64,000 nt of DNA from NCBI GenBank assembly GCA_003971905.1, contig RSEE01000007.1:310001-374000 (forward strand). The letters run 5' to 3'. Origin of the DNA: Moniliella sp. 'wahieum'. Its lineage: Eukaryota. The notes under the pieces are model-generated. The model saw only the letters and a program-made list of their open reading frames with translations. It made no database searches and was not told the origin of the DNA. How positions within the stretch are numbered: position 1 is the first letter of the stretch; every line of letters begins with the position of its first letter. A program made the position numbers and the translations under genes. Positions 11,581 to 23,147 of this stretch are shown one piece after another.

Positions 11581-14500
11581 GGGACGCCCGGAAAAGGAAA
11601 GTGCCATGTGTCTCCGTTGGCGGGCGGGAAGGGCAAGAGGGCGCCGGGGCCGGGCGACGCGCAGCAGGAGAGGGACGGGTCAAGGCCGGTGTGTGAGCAG
11701 GTGGTGGGGTGCTCTTTTTCGCAGTTCGGCCACAGTTCTGACATGCTCATCTTCGACGCGGTCCAAGCTGCTTGGGGTAAGATGAGATCCGCATCGTCAA
11801 CCAGGTGCAGCTTGTCGCTGATCTTTGTCCATCCGCCCCGGTTGGTGCTCAGCATCTGGAAGGCGATCTCGACCCTGCCTACAATCTCGGACGGGGTCAG
11901 TTTGAACTTGTAGGCTCGAATCAGATGGTCGATGCGGACGCCAATCTTGCGACGGGCGTTTCAAATAACCTTCTTGGACACTGCTGCTTGCCTTGAGGCC
12001 ACGCATTGGCTTTCCATTTGGACCGCGGTACGTGCTTTGAGGTGGAAAAAGCTGGTCCCGCAAGCACAGGACTCCATCCATCCCATTGTTCCACCCTCCC
12101 ACACTTGGGAAATGGAACTCACTCGCTTACACAACGTGAGTACGCTAGGAAAAGGGGGCGGCGGCGCTGAGGGATCCCGAGTCGCGCGATCAGTCGCTTG
12201 AAGCAGAGCATCGCACTCGGCCGCAACGGTGTTGTGCGGCGCAGGTGGGAGGGAGGCACCGGCAGCAGCATCGGGTTCCCCGCGACGTTCGGAAGGTGGA
12301 GAAGACCCATTGGCGCCTCCACCGTTGGCGGCGGCAACCCCTGGGGCCGGAGTTGCATCGGGGACCGGAGCGGGATGAACACTTCCCTCTGTGGCAGGCC
12401 CAGGGGGAGCCGTGCGTCCAGCTAGCCCGGGCGAATCATGCGTCGTATGCGGAGGAGCGGTGGCGGGAAATTGTGGCGCACGGGGACGTACACGGGACGG
12501 TGGGCCATTGCCCGCCGCCAGTGGAACGCCGATATGGTCCGCGATGATGGTCAGAAGGCTCTTGAGGTCCTGTACTTCGGTTCGAAGGTGTTCAACCTGT
12601 GTCTCGACTAATGGTCTCGTGCGCACAGCCGATTCGTCTCCTGAGCAAGGCTCACAATTGACGAATGAAAATTGGGAAGCGACTTGCCCACCACTTTTGC
12701 TGTCTGCTTCGTCAGAGATGCGTTTTTTTTTCTCCTCAATCACCTTCTCCAACCCAGTCTCCATCGCGCCCAAGCGGTTATTGACCAGCCCGAAACCATG
12801 CTGCACAGTGCCGTGATCTGAGGCATCTCCCGCCCAAAGGAAGGATTCACCGGCACAGGCTGCTGCTCGACGTATATCTTGATTTCCTGAGACCACTTCT
12901 GATACTCCGGCGACTGAAAGACACGCAGCTTGAGGATATAGCGGGTGCATCTGGTGTCAGACCAAAAGGGAGAGTCTTGAAGGATGACTCGTCGAAACAT
13001 TCTTAGCAATTTGGCAACTCTTTCGCCATCATAAGATGGTCTCGCCTCGTGTTGACCTCAGTGCCTTGGTGAGTACGCTTCTTCCCTCTTTCGGCGCCAA
13101 GGGGTGGTTCCAACTCCTTGAGTGCCGCATCAAGTTTTTTCTCCTCGTCGTCCAAGTCAGGAAAGATTTGGTTGAGCAGAACATCAGGGGGTCGAGTTGG
13201 GCGCGGGAGGAAGTAGGCACCACCTTTGGGAGCCCATCCATTCAAGGCACGTACAAAGGGCATGGACATGTTGTCAAGGTGAGCAAGGAGGGCGAGACAT
13301 TCCAGTTGCCAGCCTGCGAATGGAATCCTCGGGTACCCCCAGCATATCGGCAATGCGAACGGCGCTCCAACGGAAAATGTCAGTTTTCCTTCCACTGTTG
13401 ATGCCGGCCACCGTCAGGTACCGCAACACCCGAGAGTAATAACCGTGGTCCGTCATAATTGATTTGCCAATCGGTCGCTTGGACTTGGCAGTAGTAGTGG
13501 CTGCAACGTCCTCGGCCCCTCATGCGGGCCATCCTCCGTGGCGTCCTCTGTGTCGTCGACGTCTTGCATGCCATCCTCGGGGGCCTCGTCCGCGCCTTCC
13601 ACCCGATCATCCTGTCCATCGACCTCTCCATCGTCCTCCATTGCATCCTCCACAACGTCCTCCACAGCGTCCTCCACAGCGTCCGTCACACCGTTCCCCT
13701 CCAGAACAATGGAGGGAGGCGTGCTCCTGCGTCGCCTGCGGATTCGTTGCCCGGGAAAACCGGGCAGGTGAGCCACGACTCGGGTTCGGTTAAGGGCAGG
13801 CAGATCCCATCGCCCCACCCTCTAGGCCGGCGCTCCCTTACGACTTGCAAGCGAAGGAAAAAATGGCGCGCCAAAGACGAGATGCAACATATGTTGGCAT
13901 CCTTGTGACGCATCGTACCCATCGCTCGCTTCGAACCCCCCGGGTAGCCCTTCCCTTCGGCAACATAACTTGCAGTGCCTCGGCTGGCTCAGTGGGCCCC
14001 TCGGGCATAGGAAGAGTGAGAGGCAGACAGTCCATGAGCAGAATCCCGCGCACGTGCTCGCCGCGAAGCAGACAGTAATGCGACAGGCAGGCCATCGCGT
14101 GGTCCCGAATGCCTGCCGGATACGAGCGCGTGTTGTCCAAGCAAGTGGCCAGAATCGTCTCTAGCTCCTTGAGCGAGTAGCCATCGTGGGAGGAACCTGG
14201 GACACACGTTAGCATCAACAGCGAACAAAAAATTGGAGCGAGAAAACAACCTACCATTTGGTCGGCCGCCAACGATTTCCTTTTGAGCCTTGCCGTCCGA
14301 TTTGCGCTCGGCCTTGAGAGCCATTTGGGTATGGGGACCTTGACGCGGGCTGGGGGGGAAGACATCGAGCCACGTGAACCCCTCCTTGAGATCAAATAAC
14401 CTGCCCTGGTACTTGTGGAAGTACGTCACAGCTGACTCGATAGAGAGCAGTGACGCAGGTCCGTAATGGACGTCTGTTTGGGTCCCGGCGCCCGACCGGA

Positions 14501-15092
14501 AGGGTTCGGGCTCTTGAAACCCACCATCGTCTTGCGCCTCGGGCCGAGGGGACTGGTTGGCCTGCGTTGCTCGCCGCTTGTTCGGCCCGTCCGTCCCGGG
14601 GGGAGCATCCCTCTTTGAAAATCCAGGGGGGAAGCTGCGCCTGCGCAAGCTGCCCTGAGGAAATGCGATTGTCAAAGCAGGTGCTGAGGTACTCCGTCAG
14701 GGCCCTGCCGTGCTTGGCCTGCGCTTGGAGAAACGTGGCGAGGTTGAGGTCTGTGGCCAGTGTCCTGCCGAGTAGCGTGTCAATGGGCCGACCACGAACC
14801 ACGGAAGGCAGAACTGGTCGGGGCACGAGGAGGAGACGCACCGTTGCTCGAACTGTATTTTGAACTGTACGGGATCGTCGGCATACGCAGACAGGGAGGG
14901 CAGCTTGTCTTCGTGGATGGCGAGTTGAAGATTAAACTCGATGTAGCCACGCACCTTGGAGCGGTACATGTCGATGGTGCTGGCACCAACGCCGTTGGCG
15001 CCTTCCTTATGCAGCCGGCGCACGCTCTCCTCGTGCCGCGCCTGGGTGCTGGCGGGGAGACCCGGCACACTGAAGGGGGAGCGGCGCGGCAT
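10860..15092 (-). mobile_element. Crypton-F-type tyrosine-recombinase gene (NDC10_II + GCR1_C); transposon or domesticated derivative, apparently catalytically altered
   Basis: Motifs in order: STIDMYRSKVRGYIEF; TLATDLNLATFLQ; SIESAVTYFHKYQ; GSSHDGYSLKEL; RDHAMACLSHYCLLRGEHVR; PEGPTEPAEALQVMLPKGRAT; GTMRHKDANICCISSLARHFFLR; GINSGRKTDIFRWSAVRIADMLGVPEDSIRRL; GAYFLPRPTRPPDVLLNQIFPDLD; RMFRRVILQDS; GCR1_C-like LCKRVSSISQVWE.GWNNG..RRKIGVRI. Introns at about 14766-14842 and 14197-14254. The 3' end is uncertain. Confidence 0.85.
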
Positions 15093-15849
15093 GGCGTCCG
15101 CGTTGGGCGGGGGGTCTGCGCCGGGGCCAGGAGCGGGCGGCGGGGGGGGATGGCATCGCTGGGCGCAGGCGGTGGCCAGGACCCTGGGAGGACACGGGCG
15201 CGCAGACGATGGCGTGGGGGGGTGTTCTGCTGGTCGCAGCAGTAGGGAGGGCGTTCTGAGTTCTGAGTGTCCGGTGGCCGGCGCCCATCCGGCCATTGTC
15301 CGATTGTCCGTCGCCGCGACCATCACGCGCGCCCGTCACGCGTCCCGCGTCCCGCACGCGGCTGTTTCCGTACTCAGACGGCCCATTTGGCCAGCACAGC
15401 AGCCGCCCAGTGCCCGCCGCCGAGTGCGCAAGCGCGACGGATGTGTCCGTCGCATACGCTTGGTTTCAAATTGCACGCCAGCGACGCGACGAGTTTGGAC
15501 CAACATTTTGTTTTGGGCGCATTTTGGGCAGCACTTCGGGCGGATGCAGTCCACACCAACGAAAACACATGGTCAGGATTGAATGGCGACGCTTGAGCAA
15601 AGGAAAGAGTCCGGTTGTGGCGCTGCCTTCCGCACACCATGCCACCACGCCGGCACGCGCCCGATCCTGCCTTCTATATGCACCATCTCTGTCTCTAAGG
15701 TCCCAGCTCTCATAAGCCACCGCACGATGAGCAGAAAGGGTAAACGAAGTCATGCATGGATGAATCGAAGGGGACTAGGTCGGCGGGAGCAGGCCAAGAA
15801 AGCATACAACGCTTCGGCAATCCAGATATAATGAAGGACCAAACCCATG

Positions 15850-17011
15850 CAAGTAAGAACAAAAAGTCCAGGCGCGACGCATGCTCAGAAGCCACGCAAT
15901 TGGCCACCCGTTGGGCCTCCATCCGAGGAAATGTGCCAACACAACGATCGAGATGGTGGGGAGGCGGGCCGATCAAAGCAAAGAGCCCCAAAATAGCCCC
16001 GCCCACAATGCCGCCAACGATCGCTCCATTATTGTGTTTGTGCACAATCATAGGCTGCCCGTTGCCGGAGCGAATGCACTTCAAGCGCGGGTCCTGAATC
16101 AAGTAAAGGAATTGATCTGGTACACCGGGGGGAGAGGTGCGTGGCGGCAACACGACCACATCTTTCCCATCCGCATCGCGTTGGAGAGAAAAATGGCTCG
16201 GCCAGTACGGGAGGCTTCAACAAAGGCGCGGTTCAACCGCGCTTGCGCCTGAGCGAACGTTTCCGCTTGCTTGCGTTCCATAGCCTTGCGCTCTTTCCGG
16301 CCCATCTTACGCTTAGGATCCCCACCTGAGGCACGGTAGATGTCTTGCCTGAATGCAACGCGTCCTGAGCGTCACTGACAGCCGGGGTGGCGTGGCCAAA
16401 GAAGTGTCCACGCCCAGCTGCGCATCCGCTGCACAGTGTTCTCCCATTCGATTACCTTCCTTTGCGGGGGGGGAGCGAGGCAAGGTACTGTGGATCGAGG
16501 AAAGGGTGCACCCACGTGCTGCGACCTGCCATTGTTGCCGCGCTGGTCGACGTAAAAAGGATGCCCGCGGGGGGATCGAACTGGCGGATCCACCCAGACG
16601 GAAGCGGGCGCTTGTCTTCTCCGGGCCTGGAGGTGGGATGAACGGGCCAGAGTTTGCGCTGGGAGCAGGGCTGGGGGGGTAGCGACGCGGCCAGGGGTGA
16701 GGGGGGTGGAGCTGTGGGGACGGCGGGAGGGGTGGACGCTGGCAAGGGAGGCGGATGGGAGCTGCTAGCACTAGAGGCTTGAGCCGGAGCGGAGGCGGGG
16801 CGGAATCCAGACCAAGAGCCACCGACTCGTCGTAGGAGGGAGGAAGGTCGCTGGGCGGGGGCGCGCGGGTGGTGCCCGCGGGGGAGCAGGATCGAGGCGG
16901 TGCCCATGCTGGTGGTGATCGCAAGAGCAGGGGGGGGCGGTCGAAGCGAGGCGGTGGGCTGTGCTTTTGCACGGGGCGCGGGCACGGGGCCACGTATGGC
17001 GCAGAGGGCAT
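15850..17011 (-). CDS. WW-domain protein (Wwm1-like) with PPxY motif and Gly-rich hydrophobic C-terminus
   Basis: DKRPLPSGWIRQFDP..HPFYVD..GRSTWVHPFLDPQYLASLP across indels, plus LPPSYDE. Intron at about 16327-16456. C-terminal GAIVGGIVGGAILG. End approximate. Confidence 0.75.
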
Positions 17012-18191
17012 GGCGCCTGTGGGCCTGCCTCGTCTCGGAGCGCATGATGCATGATGCCGGCCATACGTCACGTCACACACCATCGGCTGTGCGTCACTTT
17101 CTCACCGCTCGCCCAGCTGTTTTGCGCAGTGTCTAGTGTTGTGGCCCGGCCTGGCTGCTGCGACGCTTGGGTCACGTGCGCAGCCCAGCAGGAAACTTCA
17201 ACACGTTATCCCTCGCGAGCCCGTCAAGCATCCCGACCTGCGGGGTGCGGTATCAAAAAGTAATCCGCCGCAATTTCGGACTTACCGACCGGCCACACAG
17301 CAGGGAAAAGCGGCAAGCAGCCTACACTTCCTTCGCTCCATACCAGACCAGCTCGGCGCCGTAGCGACAGAACTTGAACAAGTGTGCTCCCGACCAGGGC
17401 ACGCAGCGCTGAGCAACTGGCGCCCTTGCGTTTTTCTGCTTTACAGATGCCATCTCACCGTGTAACCCTGTCTGACACGACGCATATTGCCTCCGTCCAC
17501 AACCGCACGTAAGGCTGAACGCCACAGACCATATCCAGCTCATGCCGCCAAGGCAGTCAAAAACATCAGTCAGTACTACTTTATCTTCATGCTCATCGTG
17601 CGAAGAGACGAGATACACAACCCGAGGACGGGGGCTGGTGCGCTGATGTGCGATTATTTGTGCACCCAAGAAAGCGCGTCTTTGCATTTACAACGCACTG
17701 TCAGGCTGTGGCCAATTTTTGGAGGTGTCCACGCCCATATCTGTGCTGTCACTCCACCTGTTGGTGGACTCGGTCCGGGGCGATGGCGGACCCATCAGCA
17801 TCCCCAAGGAACAAGCCGAACCCACGTTGGGAAAAGTACGACCAGCGTGGACGCTGGTTGCATCGCAGCAGATTCCTGCCTTTGGCATGGATGGATCGGA
17901 AAGTACAGGCTACGTTCGAGGTCGAGTTTCTAGTTTCTGCACGAGATGGGGGTGTGAGTTACCGCTGGGATGGAAGTCCCCCCTGCTCCATGTCCTCTTC
18001 CGCTTTGGCGCTCCAGCGCTAAAGCAAGCCCACCAGTGCACGTTTACCACGTGTTTTACCTCGCGCACTGATCTGACCGGCCACCTTCGATTCAAGAGAA
18101 GCTGAGCGTGAGTGTCCCTCCTACCCGCCTTGCTCACTCTTCTCCCAGGCCTCTCCTTGTCTGAACCGGAGGATCTCGCATCCCCCGAGCG

Positions 18192-19958
18192 TCACAGATC
18201 GAGGGCCGCGAGGGCAGTCGCTTTCGCGCCGATCTGGTCGGATAAGCGCTCAACCCAGTGCTGATCTTCCCCGTCTGCAGAGCCCACGCCTCTCGCTAGT
18301 TCAGATTGGATTGACTTCTCATGATGCATATGGGTGGGGGGTAGATGATCGCCCGTCTGGCGCGAACGGCAGGACGGGCGCTCCGCAGGCAGGTGAGGCC
18401 CACCGAGCCGACCAGACCCGACCCTCCGCGCGGTCAGGGTCGACGTCAGACCGAGGCGAATCGGGCGGACTGGCACTCTTGCGCCTTGACACGGGGTGCG
18501 AGGGAGAGGGAGCCAAGAGGACGCCGGCCCTAGAGGGCAGAGGACTGGTGGGTTCGCCTGCGCCTTCCGCCTGCCTAGCCGCGTCCTCGTGGTCTTTGCG
18601 CGGTTCCCCCCGTGCGGCCGACAGCCGCCCACTGGCCCGCAACGGCGTCCAGCCAGTCAACGGAGAGGGCAGCGGCGCGCGCAGGGACAATGGCCCACCC
18701 GCTCCTCCTCCGTCTTGGCCTGCGGCACCGACGGGTTCCAGCGGGGCGTGATGAGCGGCGTAGGGAACGGGTGGTTGGAACGCGCAAACAGCGGCGTGCG
18801 TTCTGCGCTGCTGGGCGCATGGCGCAGCCGGTCCATCATCGCAGCTACCACGAAGAAACGTCAGTGTCCAACGTACGTTGGTACCACGAAAGAAAGAAGA
18901 AGAAGAAAAGACGTACCTGTAGGCCGGATGGGCGTGCGCTCGCGCAACGGCGATGCCTCAGCCAAGGCCAGCAACTGCGACGCCGCATCCGCTGTCTCGT
19001 CCTCGGGCTCTTCTGGTTGCCACGCTGTCCCACTAGCCGTTCGGAGGACCGAAGACGAGACGGGCGCGGGGCTCGATGGCCCTTCGACAGTGGGCGAAGG
19101 CTTGCCCCGCATCCGCGCCAGCATGGCATACTTTTCCGGTGGAGCTCTTCGAGCACCTCGTCGCGCGGGCTGTAAGCTGGTGGATACGGCGGGGGGAAGA
19201 TGGGCGGGTAAGGACTGATGGGGGGGTGCGCCAGCGAGGGCGCAGGGGGCCGGCGAAGGTGTGGGGGCGTGAACAGCGGTAGCTCATCCGCCTCATCCGC
19301 CTCTTCCTCCTGCCTCTCCTCCTTCTCAATGTCCTTCGGCTCGCTCTTCGCCGCTTTCTTCGACTGTCGCATGACCTGCAGTCGACGCGCGATGAAATCC
19401 TTATCCCGGTCATCCTCGCGGGCGGAAACGTGCGCGCCAGCGCGGTCGGGGTCTGGATCTTGTCAGCCTCAGCTGGCGGCGCAGGGTTGGAACCCATCTT
19501 GTCTGCCAGCCGCTTTTTGCGCCCACTTGCGCTTGCTCTCCAGCATGCGCTCCCGCCGCTCGTCGGCGTTTTTCGGGCGGTTCGCATTGCCATCCCACCG
19601 CGTCCGCGGCTGGAGCGCAAGCGGAATCTCATGCTTGCATTGCAGATGGCGCCGCCAGATGGAGCGAGCATGCTTGCCACTATACGACTTGGGGCAGTGC
19701 GGGCATTGGATCGTTTCGCCACGCGTAGCCTCGGTGAGGAGCAATGCCGTGCTCAGCGCTGCGGCCGCCGCGCCGTCCGCAGGCGACGCGACAGCAGGCG
19801 CAGAGGAAGAGCAGCCACGGGAACGACGGCAGGTGCTGGCGCGGCGGGGGCAGCGGGGGCAGTTGTGGGTGGCAGAGCGGGTGGAGGGGGCGGCGACAGG
19901 GAGAGGGGCGTGCCTGCGGAGGCGGAGGGCTGCGGGACGAGGAGGGGGGCTCGGCCAT
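18192..19958 (-). CDS. C2H2 zinc-finger putative transcription factor
   Basis: QCPHCPKSYSGKHARSIWRRHLQCKHEIPL..TRWDGNANRPKNADERRERMLESKRKWA, followed by low-complexity Pro/Ser and acidic segments. Probable intron at about 18860-18920. Ends approximate. Confidence 0.75.
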
Positions 19959-20627
19959 GGCGATGGCGAGGGCGAGGGCGAGGGTGGCGGCGGCGGGGGC
20001 ACGAGAGGCGTCGGCTGGGCGTCCTCCAGGCCGAGGATGGTGCGCTCGGAGCCAGCAGAGGAGCAGCAAGGAGCAAGGAGCAGCAAGGAGCAGCAAGGCG
20101 GAGGCCAACGACGACCCCCTCGCGGGGCGGCAAAAATCGGAAAAAGTGGCAGGAGAATCTAGGTCGACCCAAGTCTGGGCGTGCTGGGCGCAGCCAAGGG
20201 TGCCGACGTGCCTGCAGCGGCCGGCCAGCGAGCGACACCGGCCGCCGTGCCCGCTTCCACGCGGGCACCCTGGTTGCGGCCGTGGCGGGCACCTGGAAGC
20301 ACAGCACAGCGCCAGTCGTCCCATTCGACTCAGCGGACATCCGTATCAACGTTCAAATCACCCGCCACTAGTCACCGGTCACCCGCCACTGCTCCCACGG
20401 CACCCTGCACACGTAAGCAAGCATCAGTCGCATACCCCATGCCTCAGCATCCCCCTCGGCTGAATCGCCACAGCTGCCGAGATGTCCGCTGGGTCACGTG
20501 CGTCACTTGGTACTTACCCGGCCTTTCTGCCACCAACGACTGAACACAGCAACACAAATCAAGCTGATCAAGGCGTGTCTGAGGCATGATGCCAAATTTC
20601 GCACACCCGCGTGTACCCCCCCCCTTT

Positions 20628-22024
20628 TTACAGACCCACAAAGCCCACCGCCAAGGCCAGACCCAAGATGACGAGGACGAGCGCGAGGTGCGATAGTCGC
20701 GGTCGGCGTCCGGACGGATTCGCATCCTGCAACGCCATGGCTCGTCCAAACAGTTCCTCCAGCCCGGTCTGCTGGCCCTGGATCGTGCCCGGGGGAAATA
20801 GGTCTGGGGCCGCAGGACCGGAGCCGGGCGCCGTCGCCGCACAGTGGATCAGGCTCCCAGTCCATGGGCTCATCTGCCTCGTCTGGTGTGTCAGAAAGCC
20901 CCCAGGAAGTCAGCAACGGGTCGGCTGCGGGGGGCGGCGAAGAGGGCACAAGAGACGCCACAGGTTGTATTGGGTGCGAGACGAGTCGATCGGCCTGCGG
21001 TGGTGGCAGCGATGATGGTGGTGGTGGTGGTGGAGGCGGCAACGGTGACTGCTGACTAGGAAAAAATAAGGCCTGGACAAGCAAAAGAAATGTCAGTTAC
21101 CGAGGGAAGGATATGCGAATCAAACAGTATGGATGTACCCAGCCTTGAATCAACCCCGCGATAATGACCACCCACTCCAGGCCGGGAGGCAGGTCCGAAA
21201 AGTCACGGAGCCAGGCTGGGGCAGATGAAGCTCGTTGAATGGCACCATGGTACCAAAGGGGATCTGGCTGCGCCCATTGGAAGTACAGCTGCAGAACGTG
21301 TGTGGGCTAAAGAGAGCCAGGATCTGAACCAACCCAGCTCCAGCCACTAGAATTCGACGTCGGCTTCCCCGGCCCCCGTACAAGACGGCCAGACACTGGG
21401 CAGCAACAAGAAGTAGGTGGGGTTAAGCGGCAGATCAACCTTCACCCACCCGGCTTGGAAAGATGAGCGATCCAAATCAAGGTCAGGGCAAGAGGAAAGC
21501 CTTGCATGGCGAACCATGGAGAAGTAGTGCCCTCCTCCGCAGTCCAAGTAGCACAGGGCGGTCCGGCCGCTGTAGCGCGGCAGCGTACAAGGACATCTTG
21601 GCCCGGCGGGTATTTTGGGCAATGGCTTCCTGGACCAAAGGAGCACACGCAGAGCATACGGGCGGATAACTCGCCTCGAGTTGCGCACGGTATGTGGCAG
21701 CGGCTTTGCTGGCGTCGACAGGGTCGTCGGGTGGAACAAAGTCGGCGAGGAGGGCAGAGACAATCTGCTGGTTGCGAAGACATGTGCGGCAGAAGGGATT
21801 GGACTGGATACTCGTGCAAGGGTGGTATGGCGAGACTGGGGTGCAGACGCTTGGGTGGCAGGAGTCGAGGGGTCTAGGACGCCGGCCATGCGACGTGGGC
21901 CATTGGACTCGCCACAGGCAGTACAGACCCAGTCAACCACGTGGGCACCGACGATGGCAGGGGTGCGACAGAAAAAGCAGGCGACATGCTGCTGGCCTCG
22001 CAGCGTGTCGATCCAGGTGCGCAT
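20628..22024 (-). CDS. ima1: Inner nuclear membrane protein Ima1 (Samp1/TMEM201 family)
   Basis: Ima1_N cysteine pattern VACFFC..WVCTACGESNG..NPFCRTCLRNQ..YPPVCSACAP. Hydrophobic segments. C-terminal DEPMDWEP and TGLEELFG followed by a TM helix. Confidence 0.85.
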
Positions 22025-23147
22025 GGTGGCCAGGGACACGGCTGGAGGGGGTGGGGGGGGGGGTCGTTTAACGGCGCCCGGATGGGAGGGCAAGAGCAGG
22101 CCCAGGCAGCTGCGGAACGCGTGGGAAAGTGCAAGTTTCAACCTCGGACAGTTGGTTGCTGTGTCACTTGAAGCTTCAAGCTACAATTGAGTGGAGATGA
22201 ACGTTCAACACAGGATGGGACGTGTGACATGTGACATGGATCGATGACGCAGGCCATGGATGATGGGCCGCGGCGGGACACTGGCCGGGAGCGTGGGGTG
22301 GTGGAGCGGGCAGGCTCGGGCAGGGGCAGACGTGCAGGCTTGCAGCGGCATGCCGGCAGGAGCGCATGCAGCGGCCGCTTGAACTCAAGGCTGAACGGTT
22401 CAACGTTCAATTGAACGCTCCAAGGCGGGAGCGGGCGTGAAGCTTGGCGGGCGTGGGTAAGCCAGCTGGAGCGCTAGGCTCACTTGCCCTACTCGCGTGT
22501 TCCGCTGCTTGGTCCGCCCACGTCCCGCTCGCCTCGCCCTGATATTTTTTCCGCTGCCCCCCGCTCTCCCCCCACCACCGCCCCATGCCGCTCGAACGCA
22601 TCGGGCCCAGCGTTGCGTTCGATGGCCGGCCTGTGTCCGTCCCCTCGTCCGCCCACGTGCCCGCGCCGGCGTCGGCCACCCCCTCCTCCTCCGCCCCACC
22701 CGCCCCACCCGCCGCCCCGCCAGCCTAGATGCCGCTTCCGTCGGCCCGCATCCCTCGCGCGCTCCAGTAGCTCTGGCAGTGCCTACTCGCTCCGCAGCTT
22801 TGGCGGCCGCACCAGCGACATCCTCCGCCCGCTCGAGCCCGCCCGCGCGCTCGACTCCCCCGTCCCGTCCGCCGCTCCGCCTCGCGTCCCCCACAACCGA
22901 CCCGCCCTCGCCATTCTTTGCCTCTGCCTCGCCCTCGCCTGCTTCTTCGACGGAGGACACCCCTCCTTCCCCCGCCCCGCGCCGCTGCTTACCCGCGTCG
23001 TGTCCAGCATCGGCAATCCCCGCAGCAGCCAGGGAAATGTGGACCTCCTCCCCAGCCCGCCGTCCCTGTCCGCCCTCAGCGACTCAACCCGGGCCGCCAG
23101 ACCCGCAAAGCTTTCGAGACGATCGCGACCTCTTAGCCATACCCAGC

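Noticed and set aside
10700..15600. Terminal inverted repeats or target-site duplication around the Crypton-type gene
   Set aside because: None were found by eye. Cryptons lack TIRs and TSDs, so element ends cannot be defined without other copies.
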